Source: Candidatus Aenigmatarchaeota archaeon
Lineage (GTDB): Archaea > Aenigmatarchaeota > Aenigmatarchaeia > PWEA01 > JACQIF01
NCBI GenBank assembly: GCA_016432325.1
Contig: CP066684.1
Span: 576,001 to 640,000 of the forward strand
Reading direction: 5' to 3'
Length of the DNA stretch: 64,000 nucleotides
A program made the translations under genes and the position numbers. Shown one piece after another: positions 30,306 through 40,022 of this stretch (positions are counted from its first letter, which is position 1; each line of letters begins with the position of its first letter). Below the pieces are notes generated by a model, which was not told where the DNA came from, did no database searches, and saw only the letters and a program-made list of their open reading frames with translations.

Positions 30306-30953
30306 ATGAGCCTGAAGGAACGCCTGCTCGCGCATGTTTCATGCGAAGCCGCGGCCCGCTACCTGATAGAGAACGGCCTTGTGAAGGTCAACGGCCACGT
30401 CATTACCGATTATACGATTCCTGCGGACGGGCTGGACACCATCGAAATCCTCAACGCGGATCCTCCTCTCAGATTGAACGCGCCTGAATCATACTGGCGT
30501 GCGCGCGTGATGCAGGAGCGCGTTGGCTTCGTCTCCTTCGGCGACAGCGTGCTTCACGTCGAGATTAGAGACGGCGGTTTCCCGTTGCTCGTGCGCGATT
30601 ACCGGGCAGAGCCTTACGTGATAACGGCTAAGCAGTTTCTTAATACGAAACGCATCGAGGGCAACCCCTTGACGCTGACACCGGGCGAGATACAAGCGGT
30701 CACGAAGGCGCGCGTGGACGCGCTCGTTCTCGAACTGGAACTGGACGCGTTCAAGGTCTTCCAAGCGCTCGAGCGACTGCTGCCCGCGCTGAAGTCAAGA
30801 GGCAAGCTCGTGGTATTTCTTTCCGGCTTGGGTCGCGACAACAAGAGTCTTGACGAGATGGCGCGTCGTTTCCTGCCTGAGATGTTCGTTGACGTACGCG
30901 AAGTCTTCCCTTTCAAAGAGGGAGTTTACGTCTACGGGAAGCGGACGAACTAG
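30306..30953 (+). CDS. S4-domain protein, degenerate TlyA-like methyltransferase
   Basis: ARYLIENGLVKVNG S4 motif followed by an eroded Rossmann-like region. Confidence 0.6.
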   Translation: MSLKERLLAHVSCEAAARYLIENGLVKVNGHVITDYTIPADGLDTIEILNADPPLRLNAPESYWRARVMQERVGFVSFGDSVLHVEIRDGGFPLLVRDYRAEPYVITAKQFLNTKRIEGNPLTLTPGEIQAVTKARVDALVLELELDAFKVFQALERLLPALKSRGKLVVFLSGLGRDNKSLDEMARRFLPEMFVDVREVFPFKEGVYVYGKRTN

Positions 30954-30955
30954 CA

Positions 30956-31582
30956 TCAGTACGCGAACGTCTTCCAAGGAAGCCGAGCCAGTTCTTCAGC
31001 TTGCTCCACATAATACTGCGAAGGGTCTGCGACATCGTAGACTGCTATGACGCTATTTATTCTGACGACTGTCCTTACCATGAACTTGACGGGCGTTGTC
31101 GCGTCGTCTGCTTCCAGCTCGTATATCGCCGACTGGTCGGCATCCATGTCGATGGTACTGCTTTCCACAACCGTAAACTCCTCTTCGGTGTTTGTAGCCT
31201 CATCCCAGTAAGCGAAGCCCGCCTGCGCAGAGGCGACCGTGTCATAAATCTCTATAGTTTGGTATATCGCCAGAGGCCCGGCGGCATCAGAATCTCTGGT
31301 CCATATTCTGTCCGCCGCGGTAACAACGCCACGTTCTTTCTGCTCGTTGGATGCGTCAAAGCTTTGGAGATGCACGTTGTAGTCCGGCCCGAAATAGGAC
31401 AGCTCAAGGAGAAGGTCCGAGGCGTCTTGTGGGCCTGCAGGGCCCGGCGGCGAGCCGACCGACGACGCCCCTCCGGCAAGGTTCTCTATGCCTGTTCCAA
31501 GGAAGTACGTTCCTGCCGTGCCTGCGATGAACAGGGCTATCGCAAACAGCGTCATGAACTTCACGAAGGAGGTCTCGTTCAT
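30956..31582 (-). CDS. secreted/membrane-anchored acidic hypothetical protein
   Basis: N-terminal TM, Pro/Gly linker. Confidence 0.65.
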   Translation of the reverse strand: MNETSFVKFMTLFAIALFIAGTAGTYFLGTGIENLAGGASSVGSPPGPAGPQDASDLLLELSYFGPDYNVHLQSFDASNEQKERGVVTAADRIWTRDSDAAGPLAIYQTIEIYDTVASAQAGFAYWDEATNTEEEFTVVESSTIDMDADQSAIYELEADDATTPVKFMVRTVVRINSVIAVYDVADPSQYYVEQAEELARLPWKTFAY

Positions 31583-31633
31583 AGCGCTCCTTGGAAGCGC
31601 CGTTTATATAAAACAATGCGTTGTTTTAAAGTT

Positions 31634-31709
31634 CTTACGAACAGCGGTTCGTAAGTTTGCGAACCGAAGGTTCGCAAATCCCGCCCTGTACGGAAAGCGC
31701 GGCTTTCCG
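31634..31709. repeat. three tandem short palindromic hairpins
   Basis: CTTACGAAC-AGCG-GTTCGTAAG; TTTGCGAACC-GAA-GGTTCGCAAA; CGGAAAGC-GCG-GCTTTCCG. Confidence 0.8.
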
Positions 31710-31776
31710 ACATGCCGCAGCATGGCTGCGTGCATCGCGGCAGGAACTATATAAACATGCGCGCCGTGTTAGGCCC

Positions 31777-32649
31777 ATGGGACTCGAGGACGTACTCAAG
31801 TTCGCGTGGGAAACCATGTGGCACCACCCGAAGACGCTCCTGCTCGGAGTGATAAACTGGATACCCGCCGTCTTCGCCTTGTCATATATCGCATTCCTGC
31901 TCTCGGAGCTTACGCTTCTCGATCTCGGATCCATATACAGCGTTGGCGGGATGATCGCGCTGATCTGGAAACTCGCTCCGCTGATAGCGGGTTATACCGT
32001 CCTGTCGTGGGCCGCGTCCGCGTTCTCGGCCGCCGCGTACGCAAGCCTCACGCAGCAGTTCGCGCACCACAAGAAACCTTCGGTCTCGGATGCTTTCTAT
32101 ACAGGGAAGCGGCTCGTCTTGCCGATGATGTGGCTGCAGTTCCTGACAGGCTTGGTGGTCGCTCTGCCTATCATTGTCGCTCTCGCCGTAAGCCTCTTGG
32201 TCATTGGAGGCGCCGGCGCGGCAACCGCCGGGTCCGGTTCCATAACGGCGCTTATCGCAGGAATGGGTCTCTTCGCGTCCTTGCTAATCGTCGCGTTCGC
32301 TGTCACGTTCTACCTGTCAATCAAGACGTGGCTCGCGCCTGTTGCGCTCGTCGTCGAGAACAGGCGCGGGTTCGACGCGGTGAAACGCAGCTTCGAGCTT
32401 ACAAAAGGCAAGTTCTGGCACATCCTGCTCGTGCTGATCGTCATGGGGGTTGTCAATAACGTCGTATTCCAGATTGCCGCTTCCGTGTTCCAGGTGATGG
32501 TTCTCGGCTCTTTGACAGCGGCGCTCGCCGTCTATTTCTCATTCGTCCTGCTCGTCATGCTGCCGTTCGGAATGTGGGCAATGACCGCTCCTGCCGCGCT
32601 GTACTTCGAGTACGGCCTCGGCAAGACGCCGACGAAGGTCAGGAAGTGA
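31777..32649 (+). CDS. integral membrane protein (GPDPase membrane-domain-like)
   Basis: VVENRRGFDAVKRSFELTKGKFW motif; 6 TMs. Confidence 0.75.
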   Translation: MGLEDVLKFAWETMWHHPKTLLLGVINWIPAVFALSYIAFLLSELTLLDLGSIYSVGGMIALIWKLAPLIAGYTVLSWAASAFSAAAYASLTQQFAHHKKPSVSDAFYTGKRLVLPMMWLQFLTGLVVALPIIVALAVSLLVIGGAGAATAGSGSITALIAGMGLFASLLIVAFAVTFYLSIKTWLAPVALVVENRRGFDAVKRSFELTKGKFWHILLVLIVMGVVNNVVFQIAASVFQVMVLGSLTAALAVYFSFVLLVMLPFGMWAMTAPAALYFEYGLGKTPTKVRK

Positions 32650-32661
32650 GTTCGCGCGTTC

Positions 32662-34125
32662 CTAAACCAATATTTCGCCCAGCTTCTCCGCCAGCGCGTC
32701 CACAGGGACGCGCTCCTGCTTGCCTGTATCGCGGTCTCTTATCGTAACGGTCTTCTTCTCAAGGGTCTCGTGGTCCACTGTTATGCAGAAGGGCGTGCCT
32801 GACTCGTCTTGTCGTGCATAACGGCGGCCGATCGAGCCCGAATCGTCGTAGAATATGCGGAACCGTTTTGAAAGCCTCTTGAACAGCACCCAAGCTTCCT
32901 TGTCAAGACCGTCCTTGTTCACCAGCGGGAATATCGCCGCGTCGTACGGGGCGACGCGCTTCGGCAGTGCGAGAATCGTCCGGCCATCGCGTTCTGCGTA
33001 CGCGAGCTCGAGCAGCATATACAGGTTGCGGTCAACGCCGAACGTAATCTCAATCACGTGCGGCACGAAACGCCTGTTGTCATAAAACACTTCCTGATCC
33101 TTCCCGCTCGTGCGCGCGTGGCCCTTCAGGTCGTGGTCCGTGCGGTAGTGGACGGCTCCGACCTCGGAAAAACCTCCGAAGGACGCGACGTCCACTTCCG
33201 CGTCCCAGTGGAACTTGTTATAGAAGGCGCGCTCCTCTGCCGCGAGTTCGTAGAAACGGAACTTCTCCGGCGGTACGCCAAGCACATCAAGATAGAATTT
33301 CTGCAGCTGTGCCATGCAATGGAGATAGAGTTTCGGTATGGCGTGCTTCTCGTTGGCCTGCGCGCACGTGACGTCCTTGACGTGCGCACGGTCGCTCGCG
33401 AACAGAAGACGCAGCTTGTATGTTTTTATCGAGTCCCAGTCTTCGTGCGTGTCGAGCGCCGTGGGGTCGAAGAATATCTGAAGCTCGGCCTGCGTGAACT
33501 CGCGCATCCTGTAGACGCCTTGGCGCGGCGAAATCTCGTTGCGGAACGCGCGGCCCACGACCGCCAGCCCGAGCGGAAGCTTCTTGCGCGTAATCTCGAA
33601 AGTGCGCGCAAAGTTCACGTAAGGAACCTGAGCCGTCTCGGGCCGAAGGAAAGCGCGCGTCTTGGTCTGCACGCCCACTGTCACAGGAAACATGAGGTTC
33701 AGGCGCGCGGCGTTCGCGAACGGGCCGCCGCACTTCGGGCATTTCATCTTGTGCTTCGCTATCAGCGCGTCATACTCGCGCTCGCTCAGCCCTTCAAACT
33801 TTTCTTTAAGATGCTCCTGCAGAAGATGGTCCGCGCGCTCGGACGAGTCGCACTTCTTGCACGTCACCACAGGATCATCGAAGTGTTCCAGGTGCCCAGA
33901 CGCGCGGAACACGTCCTCGGGCATTATCTCGGCGCCTGAAATCTCGTGGAAGTTCTGGTGGAGACCCAGGAAGTAGTCGAGCCACGCGCTCTCGAGCCTG
34001 CGTTTCATGGAGGCGCCCAGAACGCCGTAGTCATAGAACCCGGCCAAGCCGCCGTAAAGCTCCGAGGACTGGACCACGAAACCTCTTCGCGTTGCGAGTT
34101 CCATCACCTTGTCTGGCGCGCCCAT
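32662..34125 (-). CDS. glyS: glycyl-tRNA synthetase (alpha2 type)
   Basis: YDYGVLG, LRPETAQ, FRNEISPR, IGRRYARQDE. Confidence 0.95.
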   Translation of the reverse strand: MGAPDKVMELATRRGFVVQSSELYGGLAGFYDYGVLGASMKRRLESAWLDYFLGLHQNFHEISGAEIMPEDVFRASGHLEHFDDPVVTCKKCDSSERADHLLQEHLKEKFEGLSEREYDALIAKHKMKCPKCGGPFANAARLNLMFPVTVGVQTKTRAFLRPETAQVPYVNFARTFEITRKKLPLGLAVVGRAFRNEISPRQGVYRMREFTQAELQIFFDPTALDTHEDWDSIKTYKLRLLFASDRAHVKDVTCAQANEKHAIPKLYLHCMAQLQKFYLDVLGVPPEKFRFYELAAEERAFYNKFHWDAEVDVASFGGFSEVGAVHYRTDHDLKGHARTSGKDQEVFYDNRRFVPHVIEITFGVDRNLYMLLELAYAERDGRTILALPKRVAPYDAAIFPLVNKDGLDKEAWVLFKRLSKRFRIFYDDSGSIGRRYARQDESGTPFCITVDHETLEKKTVTIRDRDTGKQERVPVDALAEKLGEILV

Positions 34126-34195
34126 GGTATCGGCCCTGAATGAAACTGGTATGCTTATATTGGTTATCCGGAACGGACTGATAGGGGCATTACAG

Positions 34196-34879
34196 ATGAT
34201 ATCCGTGGTAATACCGGCGTATAATGAGGAATCCTACATAGAGCATACCCTACGCAGCCTTCACGGCCAGGGCGTCGAATATGAGTCTATTGTGGTCGAC
34301 GGAGGCTCGACAGACAGGACCGTGCAGATAGCCAGGAAATATGCGGACAGAACCCTCGTCGTGAAGAAGGGGGGTGTTTCGGCGGCTCGCAACGCAGGCG
34401 CGTCTGCGGCCAAAGGCGACATCATACTGTTTCTTGACGCAGACACACGAATGGACAAAGGCTCGCTTACAACGATACGGAACGCGTTTAGCGACGGCGT
34501 CGTAGGCGTCTGCGCGAACGTCCGTTCGGACGGCCCGCTCCACGCGAAGGTCGTTTACAAGATTACGTCCGCCGTGGCCTGCGTAACGTCCCTGCTGCGC
34601 ATTCCGCTGTTCTACGGCATGTGCATGGCTTGGCGGCGCGATGCCTTCAGGCGCGCGGGCGGCTTCGACGAGGCGACGCGCGTGGGCGAGGACATGAAAC
34701 TGACGCTCGCGCTGCACAACAAAGGCCGCTGCAAATGGTTGCGCCGTGCTACCGTGGTCACGTCCTCACGAAGGCTGAGAGGAAAGTTCCTGTTCATATC
34801 GCCGTACATGCACTTTAAGAACTTCTTCAAACTCGTGTTATTCGGGCGCACGGACAAAGACTATCCGGTGATACGATGA
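34196..34879 (+). CDS. glycosyltransferase family 2
   Basis: VIPAYNEE, VDGGSTD, FLDAD, GED. Confidence 0.9.
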   Translation: MISVVIPAYNEESYIEHTLRSLHGQGVEYESIVVDGGSTDRTVQIARKYADRTLVVKKGGVSAARNAGASAAKGDIILFLDADTRMDKGSLTTIRNAFSDGVVGVCANVRSDGPLHAKVVYKITSAVACVTSLLRIPLFYGMCMAWRRDAFRRAGGFDEATRVGEDMKLTLALHNKGRCKWLRRATVVTSSRRLRGKFLFISPYMHFKNFFKLVLFGRTDKDYPVIR

Positions 34880-35853
34880 TACGAGTGTTTCACTACCTCG
34901 AACTGGAAAGGAAGCTTCTCACAAGCGGCGGCATAGGCGTCGCGACGCAGAACCAGAGGAAGGCGATGACTCTTGCAGGCATCACGGCCGTAGGCAAAGG
35001 CGAAGCTCACGACGTCGTACACCTCTGCACAGTCGGTCCCAAATCCTTCGCATACGCAAAGCTCGCGAAGCACAAAGGCACCCCTCTCGTGATGAGCACG
35101 CACACGACGGCCGAAGACTTCAAGGGCAGTTTCGCGATGAGCGACACCGCAGCGCCCTCCCTGAGAAAATACCTGAAGACATTCTATTCCATGGCCGACG
35201 TCCTTATCGCGCCCACGCAATATACGGCGGACCTGATACGCTCGTACGGCCTGACGAACAGAATAGAGGTCGTGAGCAACGGCATCGACATGTCTCTTTT
35301 CACCGGCCTCAAGCAGAGGCGCGAGGATTACAGAAAGAAGTACGGCCTTGAGGGAACTGTCGTCTACTCGGTGGGTCACGTATTCCTCAAAAAAGGGCTC
35401 GAGACGTTCGTGAACGTCGCGCGCACTTCGGACGTACCGTTCGTCTGGTTCGGCAGGGTCTACAACGGCGCGCATTCTGCGAAGACTGACGACGTTCTGA
35501 AGAGCGCTCCGCCCAACGTGCGCTTCACCGGATGGGTCGAGGACGCGATAGCGTGCCACGCCGCCGGCGACGTCTTCCTCTTCCCGACGCACAATGAGAA
35601 CCAGGGAATCGTGCTTCTGGAAGCCGCGGCCTGCGGTCGCGCCGCTGTCGTACGGGACATACCCGTGTTCAATGGCTGGAAGTCCTGCATCAGGGCCGAC
35701 GACGACCAAACGTTCGCAAAACAGGTGGCGGCGCTAGTCAAAGACGCGTCCAAACGCTCGCGCCGCGGAGCCGCAATGAAGCGCGAGGTGCGCGCGCACT
35801 CTCTTGAAAGCGTCGGCAAGAAATTGGCGGCGATATACGAGAGTCTTGTTTAG
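34876..35853 (+). CDS. glycosyltransferase family 4
   Basis: HTTAEDF, SNGID, ENQGIVLLEA. Confidence 0.9.
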   Translation: MIRVFHYLELERKLLTSGGIGVATQNQRKAMTLAGITAVGKGEAHDVVHLCTVGPKSFAYAKLAKHKGTPLVMSTHTTAEDFKGSFAMSDTAAPSLRKYLKTFYSMADVLIAPTQYTADLIRSYGLTNRIEVVSNGIDMSLFTGLKQRREDYRKKYGLEGTVVYSVGHVFLKKGLETFVNVARTSDVPFVWFGRVYNGAHSAKTDDVLKSAPPNVRFTGWVEDAIACHAAGDVFLFPTHNENQGIVLLEAAACGRAAVVRDIPVFNGWKSCIRADDDQTFAKQVAALVKDASKRSRRGAAMKREVRAHSLESVGKKLAAIYESLV

Positions 35854-35867
35854 GCGCTTCCGTAAGG

Positions 35868-37046
35868 ATGGTGAAGAGATTCATGAAAATCGGAATGTTC
35901 ACGGATACATATCACCCGCAGATAAACGGAGTCGTTACGACCATCGACGCGTGGAAAAAGGAGCTCGAAAAACGCGGCCACGAGGTCGTGGTGGTCTATC
36001 CAGGGCCGTTGGGCAATAAAAAAGACGGCATCGCTGTTCCTTCCGTTCACGTTCCGTTCTACGGCGGCTACTATGCGGGCGTTCCGTACGGCCGCATACA
36101 CGCGGAGCTGCGCTCGCTGGACGTCGTTCACACGCACAGTCCGTTCGCCTTGGGCGCTTACGGCGCGTACGTTGCGTCGAAATTTCGTCTGCCTCGAATA
36201 GCAACGCATAATACTCCTATCGAAGAGTACGTGCACTACATGATTTCGCGCGACGCGTTCCACGACGTCGCCGTTCGCATGTATCTCGCATGGCAGCGGC
36301 GCTATATGGCTCTCGCCGATACTGTCACGGCGCCGACGCAGGAAGCGGCTCACGATCTTCAAAGAAAGATAGGCAGGCGCGTGGTCGTGATGTCGAACGG
36401 TATCGATACCGAACGATTCAAGCGCGTCAGCGCTGAACGCTTCAAACGCAAGCACGGTCTGTCCGGGCCGCTGGTGGGTTTCGCAGGCCGACACTCCGCA
36501 GAGAAGAGGCTCGAAGACCTCATAGCCGCCGCGGATGAGATAGATGCGACCGTCGTCATAACAGGCGACGGACCCATGCGTCGCACGTACGAACGGATGG
36601 CCAAGGGCAAGAACGTAGTATTTACAGGATTCCTTCCGGACGAAGAGATGCCCGGCTTCTACTCGGCTCTTGAGACGCTCGTTCTTCCCTCTGTCGCCGA
36701 GACGCAAGGACTGGTCGTTCTGGAAGCGAACGCATGCGGCACGCCTGTCGTGGGCGCCAGAGCCGCCGCGTTGAGGAACACGATAAAGCCCAGAGTGAAC
36801 GGCTTTTTGTACGAACCGGGTGATGTCGGAACCCTGGCGAAGCTCGTGGCAAAAGCGATGGAAGGAAAGGCGCGTATGGCCTCGCGTTGTGTGAAAGAGG
36901 CCGAAAGCCACTCCGTAAAACGAACCGCGGACAATCTGGAGGAGATATACGAGCGTGCGCGCTACAAGGAAGGCAAGTTCAACCACTCCTATCTGTACGA
37001 GCCTTTCCGCGTCTTTTCCTACGGAATGTACAGGCTTTTGGGTTGA
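35868..37046 (+). CDS. glycosyltransferase family 4 (glycolipid synthase-like)
   Basis: FTDTYHPQINGV, HTHSPF, ETQGLVVLEA. Confidence 0.9.
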   Translation: MVKRFMKIGMFTDTYHPQINGVVTTIDAWKKELEKRGHEVVVVYPGPLGNKKDGIAVPSVHVPFYGGYYAGVPYGRIHAELRSLDVVHTHSPFALGAYGAYVASKFRLPRIATHNTPIEEYVHYMISRDAFHDVAVRMYLAWQRRYMALADTVTAPTQEAAHDLQRKIGRRVVVMSNGIDTERFKRVSAERFKRKHGLSGPLVGFAGRHSAEKRLEDLIAAADEIDATVVITGDGPMRRTYERMAKGKNVVFTGFLPDEEMPGFYSALETLVLPSVAETQGLVVLEANACGTPVVGARAAALRNTIKPRVNGFLYEPGDVGTLAKLVAKAMEGKARMASRCVKEAESHSVKRTADNLEEIYERARYKEGKFNHSYLYEPFRVFSYGMYRLLG

Positions 37047-37090
37047 ACGCTTTTATACGCTCGGGAACAATTAGCCGCGAAGGATGAACC

Positions 37091-38341
37091 ATGTACCGTT
37101 TGACAGCAGAAGGCAAGAAGTATCTTGACAAAGGCCTCCCTGAGATTAATCTCGTTCTCTACGTCCGCGAGAAAGGGCCCACGAACATCAAGCACATACA
37201 GAAGGAACTCGATGAGGCGTCTGTGGCAGTCAACTGGGCCCTGCGCAACAAGTGGATTGAGATGCGCGGGGGCGACGTGCACGTCGTGCAGACGCCGCAG
37301 AAGTACGATGTGGAGGACGCGCTAAAACTGGTCGAAAAGGGACGTGCGCCGTCCGACGGCCTCTTGCCAACGCTTCTCAAGCGCAGGCTCGTCGAGGAGG
37401 TCCGCGAAACGCTCGAGCACCGCGCGCAGAAGATGGTCGGCAGCGATATCGGCACGCTCACGGAAGACCTAATCAAGACAGGCGCGTGGAAACAGGTCAA
37501 GCTCAAGCCGTACAACGTCGAAGCGGTTGGAAAGCAGATATATCCGGGCAAGCGCCAGCCTTACTTCGCGTTTCTCGCGCAAATCAAGCGCAAGCTTGTC
37601 GAGCTCGGCTTCAAGGAGTACCGCGGCCCTTCCGTGGAACTCGAGTTCTGGAACTTCGATGCGTTATACCAGCCGCAGGGCCATCCGGCGCGCGACTGGA
37701 CTCAAACATATTCAATGAAAACTCCGCAAGGCGGCCGCCTGCCTGACAGGAAGGTCGTGAACGCGGTCAAGGCCGCACACGAACGCGGCGGCGACACTGG
37801 TTCGACAGGCTGGGGTTACTCGTGGAGCGAGGAGCGCGCCGCCCGATTGATGCCAAGGGCGCACGACACGGCCATAACGCCGCGCCTTCTCGTCAGCGGA
37901 ATCGAAATTCCCGGAAAGTACTTCAACATCTCGCGCTGCTACAGACCGGACATCATCGACGCCACGCATGCAGTCGAGTTTGACCAGATGGGAGGGATAG
38001 TCGTCGACCGCAACGTCACACTGCGCCACCTGCTCGGCGTATTGAAAGAGTTCGCCACCGAAGTCACGGGCGTCAAGAAAGTAAAGTTCGTGCCATCGTA
38101 CTTCCCATTCACTGAACCGAGCGTCGAGGCGTTCGGCTATCACGAAGAGCTGGGCTGGATAGAAGTCGGAGGCGCGGGAATATTCCGTCCAGAACTGACG
38201 CAACCCCTCGGCATCAAGGAACCGGTCATCGCGTGGGGCATGGGAATCGGACGGCTCGCGATGCTCACGTACGGAATAAAAGATATCAGATATCTGTTTG
38301 CGCAAGATTTGGCGTGGCTAAGAAAAACTCCTGTAAGGTGA
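37091..38341 (+). CDS. pheS: phenylalanyl-tRNA synthetase alpha subunit
   Basis: WNFDALYQPQGHPARD, DATHAVEF, YFPFTEPS, AWGMG. Confidence 0.95.
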   Translation: MYRLTAEGKKYLDKGLPEINLVLYVREKGPTNIKHIQKELDEASVAVNWALRNKWIEMRGGDVHVVQTPQKYDVEDALKLVEKGRAPSDGLLPTLLKRRLVEEVRETLEHRAQKMVGSDIGTLTEDLIKTGAWKQVKLKPYNVEAVGKQIYPGKRQPYFAFLAQIKRKLVELGFKEYRGPSVELEFWNFDALYQPQGHPARDWTQTYSMKTPQGGRLPDRKVVNAVKAAHERGGDTGSTGWGYSWSEERAARLMPRAHDTAITPRLLVSGIEIPGKYFNISRCYRPDIIDATHAVEFDQMGGIVVDRNVTLRHLLGVLKEFATEVTGVKKVKFVPSYFPFTEPSVEAFGYHEELGWIEVGGAGIFRPELTQPLGIKEPVIAWGMGIGRLAMLTYGIKDIRYLFAQDLAWLRKTPVR

Positions 38342-38345
38342 TTTT

Positions 38346-40022
38346 GTGCCGACCATAGAAGTTTCATACAACGACCTGTGCAAGCTTGTGGGAAAGAAGA
38401 TTCCTCTCGAAGAGCTGAAGGAACGCTCGCTTTGGCAGGCGAAAGCCGAGTTTGAGAATGCGACCAAACAGGGAAATTATCTGCGCATGACTCTGAAGCC
38501 CGCGGACACGAACCGCCCGGACCTGTGGAGCGCCGAGGGGATTGCGCGCGTGCTTCGCGCGTACTATGGCAAGGGAGGCCTGCCCCAGTACAAGATGAAA
38601 CGGTCTGGGATCACAGTGAAGGCCGACGTGAAGGTCAAGCGCGTGCGCCCTTACACCGTTTGCGCTGTTGTGCGCGGCCTCAAGATAACGGAAGAGGTTC
38701 TTTTGCAGTCGATACAACTGCAGGAAAAGGTCGCGGGGACATTCGGCCGTGGAAGGCGTGACGTGGCGATAGGAATATACGACCTCTCGCGCATCAAGCC
38801 GCCAATCTATTACACCGCGGCCAAGCCCGATGAACTCGCATTCGTTCCTCTGGAGTTCAAGCAGAAACTGACCCTGCGCGAAATTCTCAAGCAACATCCG
38901 AAGGGGAAGGAGTTCGGGCATCTGCTTGCGGACGCGGAAGAGTATCCCGTATTCATCGACTCGGACGAGAACGTGCTCTCGATGCCTCCCATTGTGAACT
39001 CGGACTTCACAGGCAAGGTCACCACGCAGACAAGGGATGTCTTCATCGAATGTTCGGGTTTCGACATGAAGAGGCTCAAGACTGCTCTCAATATCGTCGC
39101 GCTCGCCCTCGCAGACCGGGGCGGCCGTCTGGAGACCGTCGACGTCTTCATAGAAGGCAAGAAGTTCACGACGCCTGACCTGACTCCGAAACAGATCGAG
39201 GTGGACGTAGCGTACGCCCGCTCGCTCTCGGGTCTCGATTTGAATGCGAAGGAGTTCGCCGCGCTCCTGAAGAAACAGCTCTATGACGTGACGGTCAAGG
39301 GCGCCAAGCTCGCCGTCTCGTATCCGTCCTTCAGACAGGATATCATGCACCCGTGCGACGTCGTCGAAGATGCGATAATCGCCTACGGTTATGAGAATCT
39401 TTCTCCGATTGTTGTGCCTGCAACGACGAAAGGCTCTCTGCATCCGACAGAAGCGTTCACGAGCCGCCTCGAAGAGATTCTTGTCGGATTGGGACTCCAG
39501 CAAGTTGCCTCATACACGCTCACCAACAAGCGCTTCCTCTTCGAGCGCATGAACGTCGGCCATGCGCCTGTCGCTGAGATTGCGAACCCTCAATCCGAGA
39601 ACTGGTCATGCTTCCGCAACTCGCTGCTTCCAAGCATTCTCGAGTTCCTTGCCGCGAACCGCCATGTCGAATATCCGCATGAAGTGTTCGAGATAGGCGA
39701 CTGCGTTCTTCTGAACGAAAGTACTGACACAAAGACGCGCGACGTGCGCAAGCTCGCGGTCGCGCTAACGGACGTGACGATCGCGTACGAACGCATCGCC
39801 TCGATGCTCGACGCGCTCATGCGCAACCTCGGGCTGGCGTACGTTTTGAAGCGCTCGCAACACAATTCGTTCACGCCCGACCGCGTCGCGGAGGTCGTCG
39901 TCAACGGCCACAGCCTCGGCTACATCGGCGAAATACATCCGCAGGTCCTGAACAACTGGGGGTTGGAGAAACCGGTGGTTGCGTTCGAGATAGACGTAGA
40001 CAGGCTCTCTGCCAACACCTAG
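38346..40022 (+). CDS. pheT: phenylalanyl-tRNA synthetase beta subunit
   Basis: MPTI, NRPDLWSAEG, SMPPIVN, DVVED.IIAYGY, GEIHP. Confidence 0.95.
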   Translation: MPTIEVSYNDLCKLVGKKIPLEELKERSLWQAKAEFENATKQGNYLRMTLKPADTNRPDLWSAEGIARVLRAYYGKGGLPQYKMKRSGITVKADVKVKRVRPYTVCAVVRGLKITEEVLLQSIQLQEKVAGTFGRGRRDVAIGIYDLSRIKPPIYYTAAKPDELAFVPLEFKQKLTLREILKQHPKGKEFGHLLADAEEYPVFIDSDENVLSMPPIVNSDFTGKVTTQTRDVFIECSGFDMKRLKTALNIVALALADRGGRLETVDVFIEGKKFTTPDLTPKQIEVDVAYARSLSGLDLNAKEFAALLKKQLYDVTVKGAKLAVSYPSFRQDIMHPCDVVEDAIIAYGYENLSPIVVPATTKGSLHPTEAFTSRLEEILVGLGLQQVASYTLTNKRFLFERMNVGHAPVAEIANPQSENWSCFRNSLLPSILEFLAANRHVEYPHEVFEIGDCVLLNESTDTKTRDVRKLAVALTDVTIAYERIASMLDALMRNLGLAYVLKRSQHNSFTPDRVAEVVVNGHSLGYIGEIHPQVLNNWGLEKPVVAFEIDVDRLSANT

